From NCBI GenBank assembly GCA_051294905.1, contig CM119371.1, forward strand, positions 9,674,001 through 9,738,000: 64,000 bases of DNA, written 5' to 3'. Below, piece after piece: positions 1 through 12,542 of this stretch. A model generated the notes under the pieces. The model did no database searches. It saw only the letters and a list, made by a program, of their open reading frames with translations, and had not been told where the DNA came from. Position 1 is the first letter of the stretch, and each line of letters starts with the position of its first letter. Origin of the DNA: Botryllus schlosseri. Lineage: Eukaryota. A program made the position numbers and the translations under genes.

Positions 1-1471
1 AATCAAAAGTATGCATATAATCCTTCTTAGTTCTGGATTCACAATTGAATCAAATACAAACACTCTCATTGGAGTCGGATTGAACTTATCGTCGTAGCCC
101 TTCTCCGCTCATATTTGATCGTAGGCTACTTGACTCACGGCGGACACCGACTTAACAGTATGGGACGTGGACACTGTAAATCTTAGAATGAGACATGAAG
201 AGAGATGACGATAACCATCATCATTCATCCGTCTTATTATTGGCTGTAATAAATGCAGAGCAAATTTCGTTTAATAAATTTAGCGTGATGAGGGAGTGTC
301 GGGGGGCGCTGGCATTTTCTTCGTTTTCCAGGGAGCTGTAGCTCGAAAAAGTTTAGCAAACACTGGTCTAGTTGACAAAGTTGTTAGGTCTGCTAAAAAG
401 CTGCGCATCAAATTTGGTTCAATTACAACCTGCGGAGCGAGGTCATTGAAGTACAAAATTTTATATCTGAAAAAAATATTATAAACGGTTGGTAATTCCC
501 TAATTGATAATGAATGATTGCATGGCACATATCCACAAGTCAACAATGAACGCTTGAATAATAGGTCACCGCAGTAGGCTACACTTGGACAGTATCCTAC
601 ATAATTACCGATGTAGAAGGACTAGTGCTAAATGTGGAGTAACATAAATGATTTATCAATCAGCATGCGGTTATATTTATCCTGAAATGTACCCACGTCA
701 TATTCTCTCCGTAATGTAGGAAGACCCACGATTGATCGGTCCCAAATAGCATCTAAGAACAATAAATAGAGATATCAAAACGAGTTTTGAGGGTGCAGTA
801 TTGGTTGACGTAAAGTAAAATAAGTTGACCGAAAAAACTTCGTCAATAGTAAAGTTTAGGGCATTGGAGCTCGTGAACGTTGTGGAAGATTTTGGATATC
901 ACCACACGAGGGTGTGCCAAGCCCTACTTTGAAAGGACGATTTATCGAGGTTTGTGTCCTTGTATTTTCTGTAAAAAATAAAATAGCCATGGGTGTATGG
1001 ACGGGTTCTCGTGATGAGGTCATTATAATATAAGTCGTATCCATGATTTCACAATGAAGGTTCTACATTGGTGACACAATTGCGAAAGACTTCTATACTA
1101 TCCTGTGGCAGAAAAAAAAATTAAATCCCTGGATCGGAATTTCACGGTATTCCTACTCCGTGATTTGACTGGTCTCCATGCTTCGGATCTCGAATACTAA
1201 TCGAGTATTAATTGCCATGATTCGAGTAGCGAGAGACAATTTTTCGAGTGTTGGGATTATACGCTAGCTTTGATGGTTACATGAAATCACTGAGAGAACT
1301 ATGACCGAAAATGATATTGCCGAGAATTATGTTATCGAGAATGTATTATTACAGAATGATGATGGTGTGTACACAATATGGACCGTAACGCTCCTCCCAA
1401 GAACCAACAACACTAACACAGAGGTGGTTCAAGTAGTAAAGACTGCAGCACAAATAGAAATACAACTTAGC

Positions 1472-1657
1472 GACGCAAAAATCTTACTGAAGTCTGAGTA
1501 CAAGAAGCCGTTTTATTGACATCCTAAAACTACTTCAAGGGAACGTAGAATTAGCTTGCTTCAAGACGCAAAAATCTTACTGAAGTCTGAGTACAAGAAG
1601 CCGTTTTATTGACATCCTAAAACTACTTCAAGGGAACGTAGAATTAGCTTGCTTCAA
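1472..1657. repeat. Perfect 93-bp tandem duplication
   Basis: gacgcaaaaatcttactgaag...ttagcttgcttcaa present at 1472-1564 and 1565-1657. Confidence 0.95.
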
Positions 1658-1693
1658 GTCTACTCAGGTATCAGGAAGTAAGTAATAATTTAA

Positions 1694-2656
1694 CCCTTTT
1701 AAAATCTGATTCCGTATACGGAATCGGTCAACTTCATCTGGCCTTATCTTTATTTGTCTATGTCCTATAGGCTTCATTTTTGTTTGTAGGGAAAGCTAGC
1801 AATCTTCTGATTTATATGATACCTAATTCGAAGGCATAAGGCATGACAATTTTCGTGCACCGACAATCTTACATAAGGAGTTCGGCCGAAAATACGCATG
1901 CAGAAAAAAGTGGTTATCACCAAAAATTTCCAGATATTTTCCGAGTGGGAAATCTAGTCAGACATTCTGTCAGAACATCAGAAGTCGACTTGTACGGTGT
2001 TCTGTGTAATTTTTCACCGTCTCAAACATCAAAACTTGTTCTTGGATGTATTCTGAAGGGGTTTGGTAATTGTGGTCACGCTTCGGTGATTTTCCAGAAC
2101 ATAGTTAAGTTCGTGACCGAATATGAGTCATAAACTGGTTTACTATGCCTGCAAATGGCTGGATACGACAAGACAAAGTATACCACGTTGTTTCATGCCA
2201 TTAACTGGGCGGTAGGGGTCCGATTCGGTATTGATCTTGAAGTTGACCATAGTGACCACTTACTGACCACGCCCATATGTAAATTTTTCATGTATTTTTG
2301 ATATTTCGATAACTGGCGAGCGGCATGGTTTACGGTCATGGTTGACGGCTTGTTTGAAACCAGGCAACGGTGGCTACGCACTCATGCATCATTTTTGACT
2401 CTCTGGCGCTATCCTGGGGGTCAGTCTTGAAAAATGAGAGAAAGAAAGAGATTTTTTAGAGAAAAAGATTGTTTATTTAGTCTTATACAAAACCCTAGAC
2501 ATGTCTTGGGGTGTCGATCGAGGGCGGAAACGGTAGAGGGGTATAGTCCGCCCACTTTTAAACTGAAACAGCCCAGAGTTAAGTCTTGCTGAGGTCACGG
2601 TATGAATTTGGAAAGTGATGGTCAGTTTCGCGAAAACTGACCGGATTTCAAAAGGG
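1694..2656. mobile_element. Non-autonomous piggyBac-like element
   Basis: TTAA on both sides (1690-1693, 2657-2660); ends cccttttaaaatc / gatttcaaaaggg (CCC...GGG TIR, one mismatch). Confidence 0.8.
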
Positions 2657-3075
2657 TTAAGTAGTTGTGAGAAGCACTTATAAATTTGCCTGCATAGGCT
2701 GTCAAAATCAGGAAAGTGCAAAATGGCTGGGATCGTGCTGCTACATACCAACACTAAAAAAGTTTCCACTGCATCATGGGATGTAAAAGATAATCACACC
2801 AGTGACCGTTTTCATATAATGTTATGACATAGTACCCTCAACCATATTTCGAGGCTCGTAGTTAAGGCGAAGAGCAATACAGAGATGCATCACATACCGC
2901 ATTAACGAGTTGCGCAGTTTTCGTAAATTAACATGAGGTAGAGTATATTTAAGAAGATGAATTCAACTTGAACTTTTTCTTCGCGAATCGCATCGCATTT
3001 TTTAATTGTTGACCAACGGCCTACCGATAAATAAAAATGACAAAATACGCCCAAATAAAAAAGACGCGTGTAGAC

Positions 3076-3385
3076 TAGGGGTCTTCAAAAATGACTTTTC
3101 TTCTCAAATCGTACTGACTACTTGATAAAATTGTTAGGTTATCTAATTTAAGCCTACACACCAAATTTGGATCAATTCCAACCAGTAGCCGCATTGCTAC
3201 AGGAGAAGAAAGTTTCTATTTAATATGTAAAAATGAATTACAAACTATTTTAAAATTTCCTGTTCACCCCATGAACGTGTTAGGTTGTCTATAAAAATGA
3301 TGTTCACCAAATTTAGTTCAATTCCAACCAGTGAAAGTGAAGTTATTGTCGTCGAAAAATTTGGATTTGAATGAAATAGTATTTA
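3076..3385. mobile_element. Partial copy of the foldback MITE family seen at 63373-63995
   Basis: taggggtcttcaaaaatgac...aaatttggatcaattccaaccagt...gtcgaaaaatttggattt closely matches the 63373 element; a further fragment lies near 13550-13760. Confidence 0.8.
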
Positions 3386-3744
3386 GGGTGGGCAAGAATA
3401 TGATAAATAATTAAAGAGCTTCTTGGAGGTACATAACTTTATTATACAATTGAAATAAATAATAATAAATAATATTGAAAAGAACCCGAATATTTTCGAC
3501 AGACACTCGTCAGGGGTGATAGTCAGCAACAAGTAGAGAATTGGAAAGAACATAGTATAACAACTGTCGTATCACAAAATATGTCAAACGAAAATATCCG
3601 GGTTCATTGCAATATGAATATCCTATTCAAAACTATTTTTCTAGCCCAAAATTCACCAGGTCTAGTCTACTTTATTATCCATAACAACATGACCATCACC
3701 AATCCGAGAACATGTTTAATTTATGGCGTTTATAATTGAATTGA

Positions 3745-4690
3745 GGTTACCCTTACTCCCTACCCTAATCCAACGACACCCCAACCTTGATTATAATTAG
3801 TAACCCTAACTTTAAAACTCACCCCAACCCGGACAACCCTACTCCATCTTAACATTTCAATACTTTAACAAGCCTAACCAACCCCAAACCCTAATTTGAA
3901 GATGCCCAAACCCAGGAGTCACCAACACGCCGTAAAAGGATAAATATTTTATAGTAATATGTAAAACTATACTAATATTTGTTGACGAAATTCACTCATG
4001 AACATAAATATTTTTTCGCGCTTCGCGCGACTACAGAACGTTTACATGTGGCTATTTACGACATAACTACTAACGATTTCGGTGCGCATAGTAAGCCAAT
4101 ATGCGTAAGTCGACTAGTTCGGAGTGTACCGGCATTGGACAGGAACAGTATGACGTGGGTATTTGGCCGCAGCTAGTTTGTCACAACTAACCACGCGACC
4201 GCAGGCTACATGAGTAATCGAAATGCGGCCGTGAATAGCAAAAATGTTAGCCACCCCTATTTTAGCGGCTACAGAGTGTTGTCAGGTATCGTGTACAGCT
4301 CATAGCTCAAAATATAATGAAATTGATGATCATGATACTTTTTGTTGTATTTGTGTTTGTTCAATAAAACATTAGTTCTTTTGTGGTGACTATAACCGTC
4401 GCCCATGTTAGAGAGCAAAGCATTGCAATAACGTAGAGTTATCAGACGTGGATGTTGAACTGCGTTGCCTACTTTTATCTCGATATTGATAGCATGCGGC
4501 CCGCGGATTCTAGGAAATTGAAAAAGTGACCCGCGACCCATTTTGAGTTGGCGACCCCTGCCCTAACCCTAAATTCTACTACACCGAACCTAATCCTGAA
4601 CCCAATCCGATTTTATGTGACTTTAACCAAACCCCTACCCCCAACCCTAATTTTAGGACAACTCAACCGCAACCTAATCCCGGACGCCAT
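3745..4690. repeat. Degenerate (CCCTAA)-like repeat tract, split by a hAT MITE
   Basis: Many ccctaa/cctaac/cccaac units on both sides of 3913-4560. Confidence 0.65.
3913..4560. mobile_element. hAT (Charlie-type) MITE
   Basis: Ends caggagtcaccaac / gttggcgacccctg; 8-bp TSD cccaaacc/ccctaacc (1 mismatch). Confidence 0.8.
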
Positions 4691-5737
4691 AAATTTCAAC
4701 ATGTTCATGGTGGGATCTGATTTGATTCGTGATGTTGATACATATGTGGAAAGGAAAATACACTAGACTAGATCAAATTTTCCGTTTCAATGAATTCACA
4801 TACACCGGTTGTAATTCAACTTATAGCATCTTCAGCCAGTAAATATGAAAAAAGAAGTCATTTCTATCCAACTCTAATGCACCTATACAAGACAAATATT
4901 TATTATAACCATACCTATATGCTAACTGCAATTTCATATTTCTATAATTCTAACATCAAATACCTCCTTAGGTGCTCGCGTAAACAGCATTTTATAAGAC
5001 ACAATGTGCTGTTAACAAATTTACATTGCTATAGTTGAAGAAATTCCAAAGTGCCAACGTGCCAAACTCATCATTCCGGTGCCAACCAGCATGAAAATGT
5101 GCCAAAATTCCGTAATTTGTATTCTAAATGCGTCAATTGGCAACACTGGTAACAATTATTCTCTCTAGCCACCGGGCACTTCTGGTTGCGAAATCACCGT
5201 GCACGACTCCGGATTTTGGCATGCTCAAAGTCTAAGTCCAACATTTTTTCTCAGAATCACAGAACGGATCCAACGAAAATAACCCACAATCCGGGTCCTG
5301 TCCAAAGTTCATATCTGCCGTGAAGCTGCGGTCTAGTGCATTTTTTTGCTCTCCGCACGATTTAACTCGAATTCATAGTTATTGCTTTGTGTATAGTCTG
5401 AATTTCATATTTGAGAATAGTCTCATAGCCAGTCTTAACCTTCCATGCCATCAAACTATCCGTTGGGATAACTAGCATTCTGGTTGCATTTTGTGACATG
5501 ATGATAAGGGAACGCGAAATTTTCCATTATCAAAAAGGGGGGTGCGTCTAAAAAGTTTGAGAATCACTGTACTAGATGCGCATCCAGTTTATTACCAGTT
5601 TATTTGAGATTGCTTTCTGCCAATACTGACTAACTGAGATTAAGCAGTTGATAATTACTTTAACAACCCCCTATTATGGATTGAATGATGGTTTACACTT
5701 TACAGTGTCGTCACAGCTAATAGGAATTTCAATGAAG

Positions 5738-6003
5738 TGCTATGTTCTTTGGTCTTGTTTGAACAATAACTCAATACGACGAGGTTGCAATAAGAAATCA
5801 GTATATTGTACAGCAGAATAACTATCAGACAGGCGACACGATCCAGAGTGCAGTTAAATGAAAAGACCACGAGACAACAGAACACAGGGTATAAATCCAA
5901 GCACGACACACAAGGAAATAATGATTGGAGTTAATTACTAGTCCTATAGAAATTAGGAGACACTTAGGAAACAACACTGAAACGTAAATGCACGAACATA
6001 ACA
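5738..6003 (-). repeat. 3' LTR
   Basis: Direct repeat of 9410-9675; preceded on the minus strand by the polypurine tract aggggaggac (about 6004-6013). Confidence 0.95.
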
Positions 6004-6196
6004 GTCCTCCCCTGTAAGTTAGAGGGTTGCCCACATGTACGTAGGTCTATAGAAATCGGTGGGTTTCCTATTCCTAAGAGGATAACGTCTACCCGACGTA
6101 CAGGCAGGACTAGCTGCAGGACCTTGTGCCCTGTTCCTAACCAATGGTTGCTCAGCTTGCGACTGCGGAGGCTGAGCAACTTCCTGTGTGGCTGTA

Positions 6197-9100
6197 TTAT
6201 TTTGGGACAGGTGAAATCAAGCGTGGTTGAAGTTGGTTTTTGTGCCTTCTCCAATACCCATGATCTGTTTTTATAATGTACACAACACGCCCCAGTATTT
6301 CCGTCACCACGCCAGCAACCCACTTTGGTCCGCTTCGGTAACTGCGAGCGTAAACCGAGGAACCAATCTCGAAATGAGTGACTGATTGTCTAGGCCAGGG
6401 GTTCTCAGCCGTTCTTTGCCCGTGGCCCATTTTCCGGTTTGAAAATGTTCTGTGGCCCACCTCATATACTAGAGTCATACTAGTCCTGTTCAAGACGTGG
6501 TCATCGCTGGCGCCGATATGCCTATTTCTCTAAAATATGCGCTTTTTTCTCTTACTGATCATTACAACTGTAGACCTTAAAAGTAATGAAATCGCGCGAA
6601 GCGCGACGAAAATTTTCAAGTTGAGTAAATCTCCTTATACAAACAAACGACCAACGAAATTTGGACCCTTTGAGCTCCTCCCAATTGGAAGTTTTAGGTG
6701 CGGCAGTTACGGTCCTGGTAGATCGTATAACTCTTGTGTACCGCTGTTCCACTCACGTCGCGAAACCCAATTGTCGAATCCCCGCATCCACTGTGTGATT
6801 GCGGTTTTACTTCCACTATGGTGCGGATTGGGGCTGGGCCAGCTTCAAACAATTCGTTGGTGAAAGGGATACTGCACAGATGTGGAGAAAGAATATTTCA
6901 ATGTTCAAGCTGTACAATGTACATATAGTATGTGCTGTATCCACTGAAGTTACGATGTCAGAACATTTATTTCAATGGTACAATCATTTCATGTGACTCT
7001 TACATTATGTACAATGATTTCAAGGCCGGAAATTTTAAACCGACTTGAACCATTAATGTGCTGCTCTTAATCCTCAATACATTATGATTCGTTGCGGTGG
7101 TGCCGTATACTTCGATAGGAAGTTGAATTGGTGATAAATTGCGATTATGGCTTTTTTTATATTACAATAACGACCTGCCAAGGTACCGTAAATCTACATT
7201 GAATACACGTCTGTCCTAGTTTATTGCACAATATTTTCAACGGCATACGACATACGACCCTGCTGGATACTTGGTCGCTTCAGCACTAACATCGAGTTAA
7301 TATATAGTCGAAATTATTTTCGTTGGCGTAAGTTGTAGCCGAGGGATAAAAGTATCCGTTTCCCCTCCTATTTTCGACTTGTAGATTGTGACTCCATACG
7401 TTCCAATACGTCCCATCAGAGTTAAATGAAAAACTTAAGGTAGCCTACATATAATTTGATAATATGAATATATTTTCGAGCGAATAACATAACAAATATA
7501 ACCAAATTTTCACTATAGTTCTACAATATTACAAATAGCTCTGTGGCCCACCTCAAATGCTCCTGTGGCCCACCAGTGGGCCATGACCCACCCTTTGAGA
7601 ACCCCTGGTCTAGGCGTAACGGGTTTCGATTTATCGAAGGGCGAGCACAAACTTAACAAATTGCGCAGCTGCCGACCATGTAAAATCTCGGCAGGCGTTT
7701 TCCAGTCTATGCCCGGGTGCGGTGCACATCGGTACGTAGCGAGAAGTGTTTGGAGCGCGAAGTTGAGATCTTTTCCCCCGTCGCAATTTTTTATTAATCC
7801 AGCTTTTAAAGTCTGGACAAAACGCTCCGCTTCCCCGCTCGAGGCAGGATGAAAAGACGGTAATATGATATGGCTAATTGCCAAATTAGAGCAAAACGTA
7901 TCGAATTCATTCGATGTGAATTGCGGCCCACCATCCGTGACAATTGTTACGGGCAAGCCTTCGATAGAGAAGACTTCCCTCAAAGCGTTGACCACACACA
8001 AGGTTGTGGTAGAACCGACATTCATTACTTTAACGAAAGGATATTTCGAATGCGCATCGACGATGACAAGAAATATTTTATTGTTTATTGGACCTGCGAA
8101 GTCCAAGTGAATCCGTTCAAAGCTTTCAGACGTTTTGGGCCATTCGCGATACTGACGATCAGGCGCTTTCATTACTTTGCGGCAAGCGTCGGAACTCTTG
8201 ACGAGATTTTCAATGTCGCGATTAATGGAAGGCCATGCGATGTAGCGCCGATCCATCTGCTTCATTTTCGCGATACCCCAATGTCCTTCGTGCAACAATG
8301 ATAAGACTCGCGAACGAAGTGACTGCGGAATTACTACGCGCTGAAAACCATCAATATTGAGCATGACTATGTCTTCGTGCAGAGAAAGCGAATGTTTGCG
8401 AGTGGAAAACCAAGAAAAATCATCAATGTGCGTCTTTGGATTCCAATTACCATGAGTGACAGATAATTTTACTAGTTTCATGGTTTTGTCTTTCAGCGTC
8501 GCGTCGCGAATTTCATTGCGAGTTAACGGTAAGCCATCGAATGCCATGTTAATAGCGTAAACGATCTCCGCGTTTTCACGAATTTCCAGTTCGTCAAACT
8601 CAGGGTCTGGACCCTTTGGTAGGCGAGATAAACCGTCGGCGTTTCCGTGCTGATTAGTCGGTTTATAGCGAAGATCGTATTGATAAGCCATGAGCGTTAG
8701 TGCCCATCGCTGTAAGCGTTGCGCTGTAATCACGGGAATTTTCTTGTCCGGCGAGAAAATAGCTAAAAGCGGTTTGTGGTCCGTTACGAGCGTAAATTTT
8801 CTACCATACAAGAATTGACGAAATTTAGTGACTCCGTAAATGATTGACAGAGCTTCCTTCTCGATTTGAGAGTAGGATTTTTGCGAATCAGAAAGCGTTT
8901 TCAATGCGTGCGCGATCGGTCTCTCTTCGCCATTGTGCTCCATTGAGAGGACAGCGCCGATTCCGAATTGAGAAGCGTCAGTTGACAAAATGAGCTGCTT
9001 GTTTACATCATAATAAGCTAACTGCGTAGCGTCGATAACGTCGTTTTTGAGAATGCGAAAAGCTGCGTCACAGTCCGTATTCCAAATGAATTTCGCGTCT

Positions 9101-9367
9101 TTTTGAAGAAAACGGTACAAGGCAGCGGCTTTATTCGTTAAATTAGGAATAAACGCGCGATAATAATTGACTTTGCCCAGGAATGCCTGTAGCTGGCGAA
9201 CATCCTGAGGTTTAGGCAACTGTTTGATTGCTTCAACGGATTTCTGAGACGGGCGTTTGCCGTCCTTGTCGATTATATGACCAAGATACTCGATACTACT
9301 TTTGAAAAATTCACATTTAGCGAAGTTGACGGTGAAACCGTATTCGGTGAGGCGCTCAAAGACCACG
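6197..9367 (-). pseudogene. pol: Truncated Gypsy pol (RT C-terminus, RNase H, integrase), split by hAT insertion
   Basis: KCEFF..IEYLGHII (RT end), TDASQFGIGAVL / YSQIEKEALSI / TDHKPL / NADGLSRLP (RNase H), HEGHWG and HLDFAGP / TDGGPQF / GEAERFV (integrase). Removing 6396-7607 plus one TSD rejoins PVTPR-QSVTHFEIG...RRHKNQLQPR in frame. gag, protease and the RT YxDD region are absent. Confidence 0.95.
6396..7607. mobile_element. hAT (Charlie-type) element inserted in Gypsy integrase
   Basis: TIR caggggttctca / tgagaacccctg; perfect TSD gtctaggc (6388-6395, 7608-7615). Confidence 0.95.
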
Positions 9368-9407
9368 CCGAATGGAGGCGTGGGTTCGAATCCCACTTCT
9401 GACACCA
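9368..9407 (-). promoter_or_regulatory. Primer-binding site complementary to tRNA-Leu 3' end (extended, 40 nt)
   Basis: Plus strand reads ccgaatggaggcgtgggttcgaatcccacttctgacacca = part of the variable arm, T-arm, acceptor stem and CCA of a eukaryotic tRNA-Leu (CAA-type as recalled). Confidence 0.92.
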
Positions 9408-9409
9408 AT

Positions 9410-9675
9410 TGTTATGTTCTTTGGTCTTGTTTGAACAATAACTCAATACGACGAGGTTGCAATAAGAAATCAGTATATTGTACAGCAGAATAACTATCAG
9501 ACAGTCGACACGATCCAGAGTGCAGTTGAATGAAAAGACCACGAGTCAACAGAACACAGGGTATAAATACAAGCACGACACACAAGGAAATAATGATTGG
9601 AGTTAATTACTAGTCCTATAGAAATTAGGAGACACGTAGGAAACAACACTGAAACGTAAATGCACGAACATAACA
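9410..9675 (-). repeat. 5' LTR
   Basis: Direct repeat of 5738-6003; followed on the minus strand after 2 nt by the TGG-starting PBS. Confidence 0.95.
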
Positions 9676-12542
9676 TGAAGGATATTGAAAAACATGGGGC
9701 GGGAACTTAAAAAAGCTTGAAATTACATTTTTAAACGACACTTGCGACAAAAAAGGCGGGAAACATGTTTTACAGTGGAATATGGTATAGGAACTATCAA
9801 AAAATCGGACATACTAAATGTCTGTTACATAGTGTTATTATTATCACTTTGCAACACTATTTTCGTTGACTTCGATCTGACAGTTGGTTTTGACTAACTT
9901 TAGGGCGCTGAATTCAAATATGACTAGGCTTTTCTCTTTCAGATTTGGGGGTTAGGCACCTGTCACATATTGTCTCATAATCCGCATAAAAGTACCACTT
10001 TTAATATTTTGTGTTTGTTACAGAAAACGTTTCAACAGCCAGCAGAAGAAAGTAACTCAATATTCCAGAAATAAACATCTATACTTCTGTATTTGGTTAA
10101 TTTATTGTCATTGCTTCTGCAAAACAAATAAATCGCTAGCTTTAGGGCACAGATTTATGCTAATTATTCTTAAGATAGTGGGTTGCCTTGCTTGATTCTC
10201 AAGCAATAGTCGGCTGACATATGTAAGCTCTATAATCTAATCTGGTATCAGTCCCCAATCACCTTCAGATACTGAGTGAAACTAATCCATGCTTATAGCT
10301 GACCACGCAATATTTTCCGGGAAATTAGGGAAGTGGCTATGCCGAAATGCCTCGTATCTGAGATTGACCGACAAAAACGCTCATTTGTGATGAGCTGTAG
10401 AATTTATGGAGTAACAAATGCACCAGCTTTAACGTTTGTGATGTCAGGCGAGTAAACATCAAAGTGGGGCTATCCATTGGAGCAGTGCTTTTCAACCTTT
10501 TTGAGCTCCGTTTGCATTTTATTGGTAAAACAGAGTATTCGAAAGTACATTCTAAAACCGTGGCTCCTAACCAAGTTTCTTTTCCAGCGCCAGCTTTCAA
10601 AAAGTTCCTGGGTCTGACGCCCCCCTACTTTAAGGACTAGTAAAAACAATGGTTAAGTGTGCGAAATCTGATTTCGGGTTGGGACTTAACTATTAGACCA
10701 CTCGGTTAATTAACGGTATAATTGTATCTGCTATTTACGGGATCAAATCCAGGTTGTTATACCAACAATCGCGTAAGGCCTAGGACCTCGTGACATTCGG
10801 TCAGAGGAAGTTAATTGTATTGGGTATAGTTTTATTGCTTCATTTCACTACTAAATGAGCTGAAAATGTGGTAGACATTTGCTCACATTAAATTTAGTAG
10901 GGCACCAAGCTCTTAACTTTAACGTGAGTATCATCCTTTATGACACGATGAAGAAATATTCTGACGATTTAATTTTGAAACTCTCAAATACAAGCATATT
11001 TGGTTGATCAGTTTGGCCAAAAAGCTTCAAAACATTTTTAATGTACCAAGGGCATCACTCTCAAAAGTTGTACAGTACCGTGACTTTTCGATTTCGACAC
11101 GCAGTGCGCTGCAGGATACGGTGCATAGTTCCAAACATTTTGTGTAAATAACCCGAGCTATTAGAGCTACAAATATTTTTGCGCCGCCAAAAAACACTGT
11201 TTTAAAACATTCTACCTGTAATTGTGGAACGTCACATGTTCGCTACTTCTATGACGTCATCATGTTGTTTTCCTTTCGCCTGGTGTTTATAACCCGTTAT
11301 TTTGACAAATTATCCCCAGCACTAAAACAATTTTATTCAAATATTTGAAAATGTGATTTTTTACGTCCTACGCGTGAATAGTACAACAGTAAATTACATT
11401 TACACGATGCTTGTGAAATGCCAGTCCGCTCGGTGCCGTCAAGTAAGGCGTACTTGCAAGTTATACCCGGAATACCCCTTTCAATAATGCTGCGCCTCGT
11501 GGCGTCATCAAAAACTTCCGACCCAGTTTTTAAGTTATACCTTGTCGAAAAGTCAAAGCAGAATTAACAGAAAGTTTCTAATTTGAATCTCAGTGTGTGC
11601 TGTGCAAGGAATTGCGTGAGGTGAGATCGTTCCCAGCGTGCCACACCATGTGTAAATCTTAAGAAGTTTTGGGTATTTTTACTATATTTTATTGACCTTG
11701 CTTACTTTGCTGATGTACAGCTAATTTTGTACACCACATAATCTATAGTAATAGAGTATAGATGTGTAGTCAGATATGTAATGTCAAAGGCGCCGAGTTA
11801 CGGGGTGGCGGCCACCCCATACAAAATGCTTAAACGCCCGCCATCTGTCAATTAGCGAGTCCGTGATATACCGTAAATGCCAACTATTTACCATTTACCG
11901 ATACGCGTGCCAATTATTGAATACGCACCTTCGTCGGCGACGACGAACTAGTGCTTAAAATGCTTCAATAAATTGTAATCCATGATTAGTAATCATGAAA
12001 ATACAATCGAAGCGAACTCGTTTACGACGTCAATTTCGACATGCTTGCGCCGAGAAACGCCATCGCCTCTCTTGACCAAACGAGCTAATTCACGTTCTAC
12101 TTATTAAATTGTATTTGGACGCATATTCCTTCACAAAATTATTAATGAGTTAGTTTCGTGAAAGTCTCTTTAATTGGGTCGCGAAATATGACAGTGTGTT
12201 TGTGCATGCCTGCGAATTTAAAGTCATTACTGTGCAAAGGGCGCATATTCATTACTCTATCAAGACTTTGCCAACTTTTATCGGGGAATACAGATATGCA
12301 GCTCAAGTGTCGTTGTATGAGCAAACAATTGTCGCGATGTCAGACTCGATCCCCCATTGTGCTATACGAAATTTGAGGAACTACTGGTTAGATGTGCACT
12401 TTCTCGTTCGCTATTATCTGTAGGCTACTAATTCTGGTCTGCTTTATACACTCGTATTCCCTCCATGTCACTTATCGGTGTTTGATTTACTATTATTACT
12501 GTGCATTGTGCATTGCACGGCGTTGAATTACGTAGTCAAATG

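Larger units (their letters stand above)
5738..9675 (-). mobile_element. Internally deleted Ty3/Gypsy LTR retrotransposon
   Basis: Two 266-bp LTRs (5738-6003, 9410-9675; about 6 mismatches by eye) with TGTTATGTTC...GAACATAACA ends; 5-bp TSD tgaag (5733-5737, 9676-9680); PBS and PPT present; pol order RT-RNaseH-integrase. Confidence 0.97.

Noticed and set aside
9368..9407. tRNA-Leu gene
   Set aside because: Only the 3' 40 nt are present, they include the post-transcriptional CCA, and they abut an LTR; this is a primer-binding site.
7513..9408. 631-aa ORF as an intact gene
   Set aside because: Its N-terminus is translated PBS and its C-terminus runs into a hAT insertion; it is a pol fragment.
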